A DNA stretch of 64,000 nt from Bacteroidota bacterium. Lineage in GTDB: Bacteria > Bacteroidota > Bacteroidia > Bacteroidales > JAAYUG01. Where the stretch lies: NCBI GenBank assembly GCA_029571215.1, contig JAKPTE010000010.1:28431-92430 (forward strand), read 5' to 3'. The notes beneath the pieces are model-generated. The model was not told the DNA's origin, did no database searches, and worked only from the letters and a program-made list of their open reading frames with translations. Positions 9,320 to 19,936 of the stretch are shown here, piece by piece. How positions within the stretch are numbered: position 1 is the first letter of the stretch; each line of letters starts with the position of its first letter. A program made the translations under genes and the position numbers.

Positions 9320-11632
9320 TTGTTATGTTTTAAAAAACTTTATATCATGAGGCTTTCAGGAATATCTGCATTAACGGTTTTGGCCATGGTATTTGCTTCA
9401 TCATGTCAAAAAACTGAAGAAAAAGGGAATCTCATACAATTTGTAGATCCTTTTATAGGAACCGGCGGACATGGACACACATTTCCCGGGGCAACCCTTC
9501 CTTTTGGAATGGTGCAGTTAAGTCCTGACAATAACCATGAAGGCTGGGACTGGTGTTCCGGTTATCATTATTCCTGGGACACCATTGCTGGTTTCAGCCA
9601 TACTCATATCAGTGGTACAGGAGTGCCGGATCTAATGGATATACGGATTCTGCCCGTAGAACTTCCAGTAGCAGAAAAGGAGAAACTTAGCTCATTTCCA
9701 TCCAACAGGCAGTATGCCTTGTTTTCTCATGAGGATGAAAAAGCTATGCCCGGATACTATTCGGTAGTGTTAAAAAACGGAATCCATGCCGAGCTTACCG
9801 CCACAAAACGAACCGGAATGCATCGCTATACATTTGTCAGCGGGAATATTCCGGCCGTTGTTCTTGACTTGGGATCGCTGGTCAGTTGGGACAAGGTAAA
9901 AGGTTCAGCAGTGAAGAAAGAGGGGAGCGATCTCCTTTCAGGATATAGGTTTTCTTCTGGCTGGGCAAGCAATCAGAAAGTGTTTTTCCGGATGCAGTCT
10001 TCCCTGGCTTTATCTGATATTTGGCTAATAGGGCATGATGGAAATCTGAGTCCTTTCACTGGGGAAGCTATTACCAATTCAAACCAGCCGGCACTGAAAG
10101 TCCTGGTTACTTTTCAGCCTGACGGTAACAGGCCTTTGCTGATAAAGACCGGAATTTCGTCAGTCAGCACCGATGGGGCGGGAAACAACCTTTTTACGGA
10201 AAATCCCGGCTGGGACTTTGATGGAATTCGCAAGGCTGCAGAGATTGCATGGGAAGAGGCCCTGGGCAGCATCCGCATAACTTCCTCCGACACATCTATT
10301 TTGCGCACGTTTTACACTGCGCTTTACCATGCATTTATTCAGCCCAATCTTTACAGCGATGTTACTGGCGAATACCGTACCGCAGGGGATGAAATAAAGA
10401 AAGACGATAAAAGTGAGATGTATTACACGTTCTCATTATGGGATACTTTCCGTGGCTGGCATCCGCTGATGACTATCATTGCGCCCGATAAGGTACGTGC
10501 TTTTATGAAAGCCATGATGGCCCATTACCATGATTTTGGAGTGCTTCCGAAATGGTCGCTGTGGGGAAATGAAACGTGGTGCATGATTGCGTACCATTCG
10601 GTGCCGGTTCTTGTGGATGCTTGGGAAAAAGGACTGATTGATACATCCCTGCAGGAAGAGGTTTACAAAGCGATGCGCGAGGTAGCGATGGGGGAAGGTC
10701 CGAAAAGAAATCTGGAAGGACTGGACCTTTATATGAAATATGGTTACCTTCCTGCTGATGGAGATGCGAACCGGCAAAGCAAGGAGGATTTTGATGAATC
10801 GGTATCGAAGACGCTTGAATGGGCCTATGACGACTGGTGTATAGCGCAAATGGCAAAAGGGCTTGGCAAGGAAGCAGACTATGCCCTTTTCATGAAACGT
10901 GCTGAAGCGTACCGACTTCTCGCAGATCCGTCCACCAGGCTCATGAGGCCGCGCAATGCGGATGGCAGCTGGGCGGTGCCTTTCCGTCCTGAAGTGGCTC
11001 AGCATGGTAACGGTTATACGGAAGGAAATGCCTGGCAATATTCATGGTTTGTCCCGCAGGATATTCCCGGATTAATGGAATTTATGGGTGGGAAGGATCG
11101 CTTTGCCGAGCGGCTCGATACCCTTTTCGATAAACTGAAAGCAGAAGATATTCATTTTCCTGATGTCACAGGTCTGATCGGCCAGTATGCCCATGGCAAC
11201 GAGCCCAGCCATCATGTGGCTTATTTATATGACTTTGCCGGAAAACCATGGAAGACGCAGGAAAGAGTTCGTCATATCATGAAGGTTATGTATTCCGACC
11301 GGCCGGATGGTCTATCAGGGAATGAAGACTGTGGCCAGATGTCGGCCTGGTATGTTTTGAGTGCCATTGGTTTTTATCCCGTCAACCCTTGCGGAGGGGT
11401 TTACATGCTGGGTTCTCCTCTGGTCGAAAGGGCAGAAATTCCCTTGCCCGGTGGCAAAAAGTTCACAATTAATGTGAAGAACCAGGCTCCTGAAAATGTG
11501 TACATCCAGTCAGTTGTTCTCAACGGAAAACCTTACAATAAATCCTTTCTTGAGCATGCAACAATACTCCAGGGAGGGGAAATGGAAATCGTATTGGGGA
11601 AAAGTCCTAATACAACCTGGGGTCTGGAATAG
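9320..11632 (+). CDS. GH92 family alpha-mannosidase, predicted lipoprotein
   Basis: The FVDPFIGTGGHGHTFPGATLPFGMVQLSPD block is typical of GH92, as are the downstream GNEPS and DCGQMSAWY blocks. The track start is a TTG at 9320. The ATG at 9347 (MRLSGIS...ASSC lipobox) is the more likely start. Confidence 0.9.
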   Translation: MLCFKKLYIMRLSGISALTVLAMVFASSCQKTEEKGNLIQFVDPFIGTGGHGHTFPGATLPFGMVQLSPDNNHEGWDWCSGYHYSWDTIAGFSHTHISGTGVPDLMDIRILPVELPVAEKEKLSSFPSNRQYALFSHEDEKAMPGYYSVVLKNGIHAELTATKRTGMHRYTFVSGNIPAVVLDLGSLVSWDKVKGSAVKKEGSDLLSGYRFSSGWASNQKVFFRMQSSLALSDIWLIGHDGNLSPFTGEAITNSNQPALKVLVTFQPDGNRPLLIKTGISSVSTDGAGNNLFTENPGWDFDGIRKAAEIAWEEALGSIRITSSDTSILRTFYTALYHAFIQPNLYSDVTGEYRTAGDEIKKDDKSEMYYTFSLWDTFRGWHPLMTIIAPDKVRAFMKAMMAHYHDFGVLPKWSLWGNETWCMIAYHSVPVLVDAWEKGLIDTSLQEEVYKAMREVAMGEGPKRNLEGLDLYMKYGYLPADGDANRQSKEDFDESVSKTLEWAYDDWCIAQMAKGLGKEADYALFMKRAEAYRLLADPSTRLMRPRNADGSWAVPFRPEVAQHGNGYTEGNAWQYSWFVPQDIPGLMEFMGGKDRFAERLDTLFDKLKAEDIHFPDVTGLIGQYAHGNEPSHHVAYLYDFAGKPWKTQERVRHIMKVMYSDRPDGLSGNEDCGQMSAWYVLSAIGFYPVNPCGGVYMLGSPLVERAEIPLPGGKKFTINVKNQAPENVYIQSVVLNGKPYNKSFLEHATILQGGEMEIVLGKSPNTTWGLE

Positions 11633-11635
11633 GAA

Positions 11636-12859
11636 TCAGGCTGCCCTGAGCCGTTTCATATTGGCCTTGTCAAGTTTGGCACGGGCATAATCGAGCGTCA
11701 CAGTGAGCTCTTTCTGGTCTCTGGAGGGATAATCGAACATGAAATCAATCATGATAGCTTCGACGATGGAGCGTAGCCCCCTGGCTCCCAGACGGAATTC
11801 AACCGCTTTATCTACGATGAAATCAAGTACTTCCTCGTCGAAAGTAAGATCAATTTTGTCTATTTTGAAGAGTTTTTGATATTGCTTAATTATGGCATTT
11901 TTGGGTTCCGTGAGAATTTTGCGTAAAGTGGCTCTGTCAAGAGGGTGGAGATAGGTAAGAACGGGGAGCCGGCCGATCAGTTCGGGAATCAGTCCATATG
12001 AACGCAGATCTTGTGGTGCGATATACTGAAGAAGGTTATCCCGCTCTACCCTTTCGGTTTCCATTGCGGCATTAAATCCAACCACCTGGGTATTGAGGCG
12101 CTGGGCGATTTTCCTTTCGATTCCTTCAAACGCTCCTCCGCAGATAAAAAGAATATTCCGGGTATCCACCTGAATCATTTTTTGTTCGGGGTGCTTACGG
12201 CCCCCCTGGGGAGGAACATTCACGATGGAACCTTCGAGCAGTTTAAGAAGGCCCTGTTGAACTCCTTCCCCAGATACATCCCGTGTAATAGATGGATTAT
12301 CTCCTTTACGGGCAATTTTGTCAATTTCATCAATAAATACAATACCTTTCTGAGCAGCTTCCACGTTGTAATCGGCAACCTGAAGCAGGCGGGTAAGGAT
12401 GCTTTCAATGTCTTCGCCCACATAACCAGCTTCGGTAAATACGGTAGCGTCAACAATGGTAAAAGGAACGTGCAGCATACGGGCAATGGTGCGGGCCAGA
12501 AGTGTTTTTCCGGTTCCGGTTTCTCCTACCAGAAGGATGTTGGATTTTTCAATTTCCACATCATCTTCCTTTGGGGTTTGCGGTTGGAACATCAGTCGTT
12601 TGTAATGGTTGTACACCGCCACGGAAAGGAATTTCTTGGCCTCGTCCTGACCCACCACATACTGATCGAGAAAGTTTTTGATTTCAGCCGGTTTCATGAT
12701 TTTGAGCTTATGGATGTCAAAATCATTGCGGGTACGCGATTCCTCCATTACGATCTCATAGGCCTGTTCCACGCAGCTGTCACAGATGTACCCTGAGATG
12801 CCTGCTATCAGGAGACGGGTATCTTTTTTTTCTCTTCCGCAGAATGAACACCGGTCCAT
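11636..12859 (-). CDS. clpX: ATP-dependent Clp protease ATP-binding subunit ClpX
   Basis: Has a C4 zinc finger (CSFCG...CDSC), a Walker A motif (GETGTGKT) and an AAA+ core. It lies downstream of clpP. Confidence 0.97.
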   Translation of the reverse strand: MDRCSFCGREKKDTRLLIAGISGYICDSCVEQAYEIVMEESRTRNDFDIHKLKIMKPAEIKNFLDQYVVGQDEAKKFLSVAVYNHYKRLMFQPQTPKEDDVEIEKSNILLVGETGTGKTLLARTIARMLHVPFTIVDATVFTEAGYVGEDIESILTRLLQVADYNVEAAQKGIVFIDEIDKIARKGDNPSITRDVSGEGVQQGLLKLLEGSIVNVPPQGGRKHPEQKMIQVDTRNILFICGGAFEGIERKIAQRLNTQVVGFNAAMETERVERDNLLQYIAPQDLRSYGLIPELIGRLPVLTYLHPLDRATLRKILTEPKNAIIKQYQKLFKIDKIDLTFDEEVLDFIVDKAVEFRLGARGLRSIVEAIMIDFMFDYPSRDQKELTVTLDYARAKLDKANMKRLRAA

Positions 12860-12870
12860 AGGTTAGAATT

Positions 12871-13557
12871 TTATTTTTTCTTTTTTTCCCGAACCAGCAC
12901 TTCGTCGATCATGCCATATTCTTTTGCTTCTTCAGCTGTCATCCAGAAATCTCGGTCAGCATCTTTTTCGACTTTTTCCACATCCTTACCTGTATGTAAG
13001 GCCAGGATTTCGTAAAGTTCTTTTTTGATTTTTCTGATTTCATTGGCAGCAATTTCAATGTCGGAAGCCTGCCCCTGTGCTCCGCCCATTGGCTGGTGGA
13101 TAAGGATGCGGCTGTGCTTCAGGGCTGAACGTTTTCCTTTGGTTCCGGCCGCCAACAGAATGGCCCCCATGGATGCAGCCATCCCGGTACATATTGTGGC
13201 CACGTCGGCTGCAATCCATTGCATAGTATCATAGATTCCCAGTCCGGCATATACCGACCCACCAGGGGTATTGAAATAAATCTGAATATCCTTTGTCGGA
13301 TCCGCCGAATCAAGATAGAGCAACTGGGCTTCAATAATGTTGGAAACATAATCGTCGATAGGCAACCCAAGGAAGATAATCCTGTCCATCATCAGGCGGG
13401 AAAAAACATCCATGGTGGCTATGTTCAGCTGCCGTTCCTCGATAATAGTGGGTGAAATGTAATTGTTATAAACCGACAGATACTGATGCATCGCAAGACT
13501 GCTGATGCCGCGGTGTTTTATTGCATATTTTTCAAAATCATCTTTCAGTGTTGGCAT
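12871..13557 (-). CDS. clpP: ATP-dependent Clp protease proteolytic subunit
   Basis: Catalytic Ser lies in GMAASMG and His in IHQP. It sits in a tig-clpP-clpX arrangement. Confidence 0.95.
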   Translation of the reverse strand: MPTLKDDFEKYAIKHRGISSLAMHQYLSVYNNYISPTIIEERQLNIATMDVFSRLMMDRIIFLGLPIDDYVSNIIEAQLLYLDSADPTKDIQIYFNTPGGSVYAGLGIYDTMQWIAADVATICTGMAASMGAILLAAGTKGKRSALKHSRILIHQPMGGAQGQASDIEIAANEIRKIKKELYEILALHTGKDVEKVEKDADRDFWMTAEEAKEYGMIDEVLVREKKKK

Positions 13558-13559
13558 AT

Positions 13560-14918
13560 TTATTTTGTTTCAAAAAGTTTTTTAAATCCTTCTACGTCTA
13601 TTTCTTTGTCTTCAATTTTGGCATTGTTCTTGATCCATCCATAGATTCTTTCCTCCAGAACCTGCCTTTCAATGCGGTTGCGCTCATCTTCCCTGGCCAG
13701 CAGATCATTGGCCAGACTTTCAACATACTGATCAGGTACACTGGCTAACCCATAGCGAAGATACTGATTTCTTGCAAGATTTTTTGCTTGTTCTTTAATT
13801 TCTTCATCGGTTGCCGTAAAATTGTTGTCACGGGCTATTTTGTTGACGATGAGTTGCCATTTAAGATCGTTCAGGAAGTGACTGAAGTCCTTCTCGATTT
13901 CCTCCCGACTGATCTTTCCTTCATTTGTTTCAAACATCCAACGTTTCAGGAAATCTTCAGGTAGGGGTATTTTGGCTTTGCTGAGGAGGATTTCTTTTGC
14001 ATCAATGGTGTAACGGTATTCTGCTTCCCTCTCCAGGCTTTTCTCCAGATCCTCCTTAACTTTCTGTCGGAAATCTTCTTCAGTTGAAACACTCCCTTCA
14101 CCAAAAACCTGGTCAAAAAATTGCTGATCCAGCGGAGCAGGGACATACTGTTTGATTTCCGTAACGGTAAACAGATGGGTATTCCTGATGCCAGACAGTT
14201 GTTTTGAATCAATTCCCAAGATGGCAGCCCTGTCGGAATCCTTTGGAAAGGCTTTGTTTATGTCAAACAGTATCTGATCGCCCTGTTTTTTTCCTATAAA
14301 AAGATTTCTAATTTCCTGGTCTTCAATACGGTCAACCGAAAGAATTGTGCCCTCATTTTTATGGCCTTCCTCAATAATCTGTCCGTTTTCATTAGCTTCA
14401 AAGATATTTCCCCTTACCATGGATGTTTCGCTGATTTCGGCAACATCCTCAAAACGGCCGTAATGCTTTTTAAGTTCTTCGATCCGTTCTTCCATCATCT
14501 TTTCGTCAACGGTAATTTTATAGTAAGGTATTTTGACTTTTGAAAGAACGGGCAGGTCAAATTCAGGGCTTAAACCCAGGTCAAAGGAAAATTCAAATGA
14601 TTCCTGTTTTTCGAAATCTATTGTTTTCTCTTCATCTTTATGCGGAAGAGGATCCCCAAGGATACGAATGTTTTCATTCCGTAAATATTCTACCAGTGAA
14701 TTGCTGACCAGTTTATTGATTTCTTCAACCTTCACTGGTGTATAGTATAACCTGGTAATCAGGCCAAGGGGAACATGTCCGGGGCGGAATCCGTCAATCC
14801 GGGCTTTTTTGCGATAATCTTTCAATACCTCCTGCACTTTGGGCTCATAATCTTCCTTGGTAATTTCAACCGTTACAACGGCATTCAGCTCATCTTTGTT
14901 TTCTTTTCTAATGTTCAT
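13560..14918 (-). CDS. tig: Trigger factor
   Basis: 452-aa acidic protein with the ribosome-binding signature GFRPGHVP near the N-terminus, located upstream of clpP. Confidence 0.93.
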   Translation of the reverse strand: MNIRKENKDELNAVVTVEITKEDYEPKVQEVLKDYRKKARIDGFRPGHVPLGLITRLYYTPVKVEEINKLVSNSLVEYLRNENIRILGDPLPHKDEEKTIDFEKQESFEFSFDLGLSPEFDLPVLSKVKIPYYKITVDEKMMEERIEELKKHYGRFEDVAEISETSMVRGNIFEANENGQIIEEGHKNEGTILSVDRIEDQEIRNLFIGKKQGDQILFDINKAFPKDSDRAAILGIDSKQLSGIRNTHLFTVTEIKQYVPAPLDQQFFDQVFGEGSVSTEEDFRQKVKEDLEKSLEREAEYRYTIDAKEILLSKAKIPLPEDFLKRWMFETNEGKISREEIEKDFSHFLNDLKWQLIVNKIARDNNFTATDEEIKEQAKNLARNQYLRYGLASVPDQYVESLANDLLAREDERNRIERQVLEERIYGWIKNNAKIEDKEIDVEGFKKLFETK

Positions 14919-15058
14919 CTGTCAGGTAATTGTTAATTTTCTCTCTTTTCGTTTTACTTCATCGAAGGAGTAGGGTGCATACAATGAACCAGGCTCCTTA
15001 GGTTTCTCTTTGCAACCCTGTCAGTCAGGCTATTCCTGCTGGCAGTACTTTTCACTTG

Positions 15059-15140
15059 TGCGGATGAAGGGACTCGAACCCCCACGCCCGAAGGCACAAG
15101 ATCCTAAGTCTTGCGCGGCTACCAATTACGCCACATCCGC
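15059..15140 (-). tRNA. tRNA-Leu (anticodon TAG)
   Basis: The minus strand reads GCGGATG...CATCCGC+A for the acceptor stem. The anticodon arm is CAAGA-CTTAGGA-TCTTG, followed by a long variable arm and a GGTTCGAGTCC T-loop. Length is 82 nt and CCA is not encoded. Confidence 0.9.
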
Positions 15141-15153
15141 ATAAACCGGGTTG

Positions 15154-15161
15154 CAAAGTTA
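15154..15161 (-). promoter_or_regulatory. Candidate -7 box (TAACTTTG) for tRNA-Leu
   Basis: A TAnnTTTG match on the minus strand lies 13 nt upstream of the tRNA 5' end. Confidence 0.35.
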
Positions 15162-15390
15162 CTGCTTTTTTTCTTTTTTCAGTATAACATACAAAACCGC
15201 AGGCGATCCAGTGTTCGTTCACTTTTCGGAACAAAAGGGTTGTTACCTGAAAAAATAATTTGTAGAAAAGTTGCCTACCTTTGATCCGGTTTTTATTTTA
15301 ATCAGTAGTAAAAGGAAGTGTAAACAAAGATTATATCATCTGGGATCGCAGAAATTACTGTTTCTTCTCTTCTGAAATTAGTATAGAGTT

Positions 15391-16068
15391 ATGAAGATTC
15401 TCATTATAGAAGATGAAAGGGAACTAGCCCTGAGTATTGAGGAATATTTAAAGAAAGAAAACCAGTTGTGCGACGTTGCCGGGAATTTAAAAAGGGCGAC
15501 CGAAAAAATGGATGAAGTTCTTTATGATTGTTTTGTTATAGATATTGGCCTGCCTGATGGAAACGGCCTTGATCTGATTCCGCTGATCAAGGAAAGGGAT
15601 AGTAATGCGGGTATTCTTATTCTTACGGCAAGAGATGCCCTTACTGACAAAATCACTTCCCTCGAATCGGGAGCAGATGACTATCTTACCAAACCATTCC
15701 GTCTTTCGGAGCTTGCAGCACGCATAAAAGCAATTTACCGACGCAGAAACCTGGGCGGGAATACGGTAATCAGACATAACGAAATCGAAGTAATCATTCA
15801 GACCCGCATTGTTAAAGTAAACGGGAAGCCTCTGACCCTTACCCGAAAGGAATATGACTTGCTGGTTTATTTTCTTTCCAATAAGGAAAGGGTACTTTCC
15901 AGGGAGTCTATTGTTGAACATTTGTGGGGAGATGAAGTGATAATGGCTGATACGTTTGACTTTCTCTATACCCACATAAAAAATTTACGGAAGAAGATTA
16001 TGGATAAAGGAGGTCGTGATTATATTAGATCGGTATATGGTATTGGTTATCGGTTTACTGATCCCTGA
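15391..16068 (+). CDS. OmpR/PhoB-family response regulator
   Basis: Has a receiver domain (phospho-acceptor Asp in FVIDIGLPDG; the KPF motif) and a winged-helix output domain (LTRKEYDLL, YGIGYRF). Confidence 0.9.
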   Translation: MKILIIEDERELALSIEEYLKKENQLCDVAGNLKRATEKMDEVLYDCFVIDIGLPDGNGLDLIPLIKERDSNAGILILTARDALTDKITSLESGADDYLTKPFRLSELAARIKAIYRRRNLGGNTVIRHNEIEVIIQTRIVKVNGKPLTLTRKEYDLLVYFLSNKERVLSRESIVEHLWGDEVIMADTFDFLYTHIKNLRKKIMDKGGRDYIRSVYGIGYRFTDP

Positions 16069-16091
16069 AAAAGTGCCGCCTGATTTTAATA

Positions 16092-17432
16092 TTGCTGGCG
16101 GGATTTAGATCTTTCACCAAAAGTATAAAGAGCAATAAAATGAAACTACTGGTCAGAACGACAATTTACATGGTCTTTTTCAATATTATCCTTTTCATTA
16201 CAGGGGGTATTCTGTTTTATTATGTTTTCAAATCTTACATTTATCGACAGATTGATAATAATCTGATGGTTGAAATGCAACTGGTAAGGGATGAAATTTT
16301 GCATAGCGATACATTGCCTGATATTGCAGGAAAGTCACGTGGCATCATCCATATATCCCTTTCAGATAAACCTGTCAGATCAGCACAGGTATTTATTGAT
16401 ACTGTGCTCAAGACACCAGGAGGAGATGAGGTGACTTACCGATATCTGAAATTTCTTGGTAATAAACCTGACGGAACAGGATACTTTATCGGAATTTTTC
16501 ATAGCCTTGAAGAACGGAAGGAACTTCTGCAGGTGGTTACTCTTTACATATTTTTCCTGATTATTACCCTCCTTGTTTTTGCTGTTTTGATGAATTACTT
16601 TGTTTCCAGAAAACTTTGGTCTTCTTTTTACAAAACACTTAAATCGCTTCGTGAATTCGATCTTTCCGGCATGAAAAAACCACTGCTGTGGAAGTCGAAT
16701 ATAACAGAATTTCAGGAGCTTAATAAAGTGCTGGATGAAATGATGGATAAAATGATTCTGGATTTCAACAATGTGAAAGATTTTACCAACTACGCCTCCC
16801 ATGAAATCCGAACACCACTTGCAGTTATCAGTTCAAAAACTGAAATTTTGATGCAGGCAGGCAATTTAACAGAAGATCAAATGCGAATGCTGATACGGAT
16901 CCAGGAATCGGCTTTAAGACTCACCAGGATCAATCAGGGATTGTTAATTATTTCGAAGATTGACAATTATGAATATGCTGAAAAAAAGGAGGTTTTTTTC
17001 GGTAGAATGATAGATGAATATCTTGATAAACTCGAAGATATGCTGGAGGGGAAGAGTATTTCCATTACCAGGGAATACACAGGAGAACCCGCAGTTCAAA
17101 TGCATCCGGCTCTGGCAGAATTGCTCGTAATAAACCTGCTGAGCAATGCAATCAAGCATAATATAGACCATGGAATCATCGAAATTGTCCTTTCGGAGAA
17201 TAGTCTGTCTATACGGAATACAGGATCTCCTCTTTCTGCTCCTCCCGAAGAAATGTTCGAAAAATTCAGAAAGGAAAGTGCTCATTCAGAATCGCTTGGT
17301 CTGGGCCTTTCCATTGTCAAAAAAATTGTGGATTTTTACCGGCTTGGCATAGAATACACCTGTTCCGGTAGTTTGCACCATATCGTCGTTCATTTTACAT
17401 CTCAGGAGAAAAAATTACCGGATGAATCCTAA
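16092..17432 (+). CDS. Sensor histidine kinase, partner of the preceding regulator
   Basis: Two TM helices flank a periplasmic segment. It has an H-box SHEIRTPL, an N-box NAIKH and a G-box. The track start is a TTG at 16092, and the ATG at 16140 (MKLLVRT) is more likely. Confidence 0.88.
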   Translation: MLAGFRSFTKSIKSNKMKLLVRTTIYMVFFNIILFITGGILFYYVFKSYIYRQIDNNLMVEMQLVRDEILHSDTLPDIAGKSRGIIHISLSDKPVRSAQVFIDTVLKTPGGDEVTYRYLKFLGNKPDGTGYFIGIFHSLEERKELLQVVTLYIFFLIITLLVFAVLMNYFVSRKLWSSFYKTLKSLREFDLSGMKKPLLWKSNITEFQELNKVLDEMMDKMILDFNNVKDFTNYASHEIRTPLAVISSKTEILMQAGNLTEDQMRMLIRIQESALRLTRINQGLLIISKIDNYEYAEKKEVFFGRMIDEYLDKLEDMLEGKSISITREYTGEPAVQMHPALAELLVINLLSNAIKHNIDHGIIEIVLSENSLSIRNTGSPLSAPPEEMFEKFRKESAHSESLGLGLSIVKKIVDFYRLGIEYTCSGSLHHIVVHFTSQEKKLPDES

Positions 17433-17796
17433 GCCTTTTTATGTATCATGAATGCAATCAATGAATGTGTAGGTTGTCAACCTGAAAATCAGCATCCAGT
17501 CTGAAAAGGATTCCTTATGGTATGTGTGGTAAATACGGAATGTGTGTTGAACAAGCTGACGGCTCTGGTGCGGCAAGTGTTTCGTTAAATGCGAATAGGG
17601 TTGTTTTTATAACAGGCATTCATAAAGTTCAATTTCGTTCGGATTATTATGATCTTTTCATTATTTGGGTAGCACGGTTACCTGACAATTTATCCTTCAG
17701 ACGGGAAAGTTAAAAAGTGTTAAGTTGCCGGCAACTTCAGAATTTCTACAGTATTGTAACGGAATTTTGAGTTGTCAAACTAAAATTAAACAAGCT

Positions 17797-18132
17797 ATGA
17801 AAAAAGCGATTTTTATTATGGCACTGATTCTTTCAGGTGCAATTATGAACGCCCAGACAAAAACTGTGGTAAAGACTGACGATCTTCTTGCTCCGATTAA
17901 GGAGTATGTTGCCAAAAATTACGTAGGTTTTACCATTAAGGAAGCCAGCAAGGTGGAAGCCAATGCAATGGTTACCTATGAAGTGGTGATTGAAAAGGGT
18001 GCCATGAAGCATACCCTGGTATTTGACAAGGACGGGAAATTTGTAAAACAGGTTGCTGTTCAAGCCGGTGCTCCTGCCAAGAAAGAAGCTCCGAAGAAAC
18101 CAGCCGCAACCAAAGCTCCCGCTAAAAAGTAA
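17797..18132 (+). CDS. Small secreted PepSY-like protein with a Lys/Ala/Pro-rich tail
   Basis: Start trimmed to MKKAIFIMALILSGAIMNAQ, a signal peptide. The core resembles the small PepSY-like/beta-lactamase-inhibitor-like proteins often found next to Bacteroidota two-component systems. The tail is AGAPAKKEAPKKPAATKAPAKK. Confidence 0.5.
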   Translation: MKKAIFIMALILSGAIMNAQTKTVVKTDDLLAPIKEYVAKNYVGFTIKEASKVEANAMVTYEVVIEKGAMKHTLVFDKDGKFVKQVAVQAGAPAKKEAPKKPAATKAPAKK

Positions 18133-18300
18133 GGGGTCGGTTAATAATGCTGAGGGTGAAAGGGGCACATTGCGAATGCGTGTGCCCCTTGTTATGTTGA
18201 AAAGAAATTCACAGCCATGGACCTTTCGGGGAGTTTTTTATCTGGAACGAACAAGTATGCGAAAAAAGTGTTATCTTTTAAGAAACAAAAACATATAATT

Positions 18301-19167
18301 ATGACCCAAAAGAAACTTTCGCCCACAGGAATGTTCCTTTTTACAATCCTGTCAGTATTTGTTCCATTTGCCTGTTCACAGAAGGCGTATATTAGTCCTG
18401 ATCTGACTAAGCTTTGGGAAACTCCGGCTGAACTGAAAACTCCTGAATCAGTACTCTATGATTATCAACGAGATGTATTCTATGTTTCCAATGTAAACGG
18501 AAATCCTTCGGAAAAGGACGGCAACGGATTTATTTCCCGGCTGAAGGCTGATGGAACAATTGAAAATCTGCAATGGATAACCGGATTAAATGCTCCAAAA
18601 GGAATGGGACTGGTGGATAGTCTGTTGTATGTTTCTGACATCGATGAAATAGTAGAAATGGATGTCAATTCTGGAAAAATTTTGAACAAATACCCTATAC
18701 CGGGGTCAAAATTTCTTAATGATATTACCTGTGATGAAGGGGGGAGAGTATTTGTGTCGGATATGCAGGATAGTAAAATTTATGTTTTGTCTGACGGCAA
18801 AGTAAGCCTCTGGCTTTCTGATCCACGGCTTGATGGTGTTAACGGACTTCTGGTGTGGGAAGAAGATATGTACGCCGGTGTGAAAAATGCTGTGTTACGC
18901 ATTTCGGATGATGGTCGTTCTGTGGAAGAGTGGATTCATGAGACCGGAGGAATTGACGGGCTTGTGACTGACGGAAAAGGGAATTTCATCTTTTCTGACT
19001 GGACGGGGCACGTTTATAAAGCTACCGCGCATGGGAAACCAGTTAAACTGCTCGATACAACTCCTGTCAAAATGAATGCGGCCGATATTGATTTTATACT
19101 AGACAAAAACATTTTACTGGTACCCACATTTTTTGACAACAGGGTTGTGGCTTACCTGGTGAAATGA
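18301..19167 (+). CDS. Secreted beta-propeller protein, SMP-30/gluconolactonase/LRE-like
   Basis: Start trimmed to MTQKKLS, giving a signal/lipobox (FACS). It shows repeated propeller-like blades (PESVLYD..., PKGMGL..., LNDITCD..., DGLVTD...). Confidence 0.6.
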   Translation: MTQKKLSPTGMFLFTILSVFVPFACSQKAYISPDLTKLWETPAELKTPESVLYDYQRDVFYVSNVNGNPSEKDGNGFISRLKADGTIENLQWITGLNAPKGMGLVDSLLYVSDIDEIVEMDVNSGKILNKYPIPGSKFLNDITCDEGGRVFVSDMQDSKIYVLSDGKVSLWLSDPRLDGVNGLLVWEEDMYAGVKNAVLRISDDGRSVEEWIHETGGIDGLVTDGKGNFIFSDWTGHVYKATAHGKPVKLLDTTPVKMNAADIDFILDKNILLVPTFFDNRVVAYLVK

Positions 19168-19175
19168 TAAAATTT

Positions 19176-19199
19176 TATGAGGTAAACAAGTACCTCATA
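19176..19199. terminator. Hairpin between convergent genes (propeller gene and lptB)
   Basis: TATGAGGTA-AACAAG-TACCTCATA forms a 9-bp perfect stem with T-rich flanks. Confidence 0.55.
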
Positions 19200-19211
19200 C
19201 TGTTCAGTTTT

Positions 19212-19934
19212 TTACCTAAGTTCAAAGTTTTTTCCAAGGTAAACGTTCCGTACCTGTTCATCGTTGGCCAGTTCTTCGGAGGTGCCTGATTTCAGGATGG
19301 ATCCTTCAAAAAGAAGGTAAGCACGGTCGGTGATAGAGAGGGTCTCATGCACATTATGATCGGTAATGAGAATGCCAATGTTTCTGTCTTTCAGGTGAGA
19401 TACAATACCCTGAATATCTTCCACAGCAATTGGATCAACACCGGCGAAGGGCTCATCAAGCAAAATGAACTTTGGGTCAAGTGCCAGGGCACGGGCAATT
19501 TCCGTCCGGCGGCGCTCTCCACCGGAAAGCTGGATACCAAGGCTTTTTCTGATGCGGGTAAGCCCGAATTCACGAAGGAGTGATTCAATGCGTTGTTCCT
19601 GAATGTCTTTAGGAATTTTCGACATTTCCAACACTGCCCGCAGGTTGTCTTCTACACTCAACTTACGAAATACTGAGGCTTCCTGTGACAGATAACCAAT
19701 TCCCCGCTGTGCCCTTTTGTACATTGGTTCCATACTGATGTCGGTGTCGTCAAGGAAAATCTTTCCTTCATTTGGGACTATCAGACCCACGATCATGTAG
19801 AAAGTTGTGGTTTTTCCGGCACCATTGGGGCCAAGAAGACCCACAATTTCACCCTGTTTTACTTCAACCGAAACGCGGTTTACCACCACGCGCTGGCGGT
19901 ACTTTTTTACCAGATTGTCAGTTCGTAATATCAT
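19212..19934 (-). CDS. lptB: LPS export ABC transporter ATP-binding protein
   Basis: Has a Walker A motif (GPNGAGKTT), the LSGGERRR signature and an LptB-type C-terminus. Start trimmed to the ATG at 19934 (MILRTDNL), because the longer track ORF would overlap the upstream gene. Confidence 0.92.
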   Translation of the reverse strand: MILRTDNLVKKYRQRVVVNRVSVEVKQGEIVGLLGPNGAGKTTTFYMIVGLIVPNEGKIFLDDTDISMEPMYKRAQRGIGYLSQEASVFRKLSVEDNLRAVLEMSKIPKDIQEQRIESLLREFGLTRIRKSLGIQLSGGERRRTEIARALALDPKFILLDEPFAGVDPIAVEDIQGIVSHLKDRNIGILITDHNVHETLSITDRAYLLFEGSILKSGTSEELANDEQVRNVYLGKNFELR

Positions 19935-19936
19935 TC

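Noticed and set aside
10436-11038. 200-aa and 117-aa ORFs on the minus strand
   Set aside because: Both lie antisense within the GH92 gene and have Arg/His/Pro-rich shadow composition.
12011-12796. 261-aa ORF on the plus strand
   Set aside because: It lies entirely antisense within clpX, whose identity is unambiguous. It has a low-complexity, shadow-frame composition and no recognisable family.
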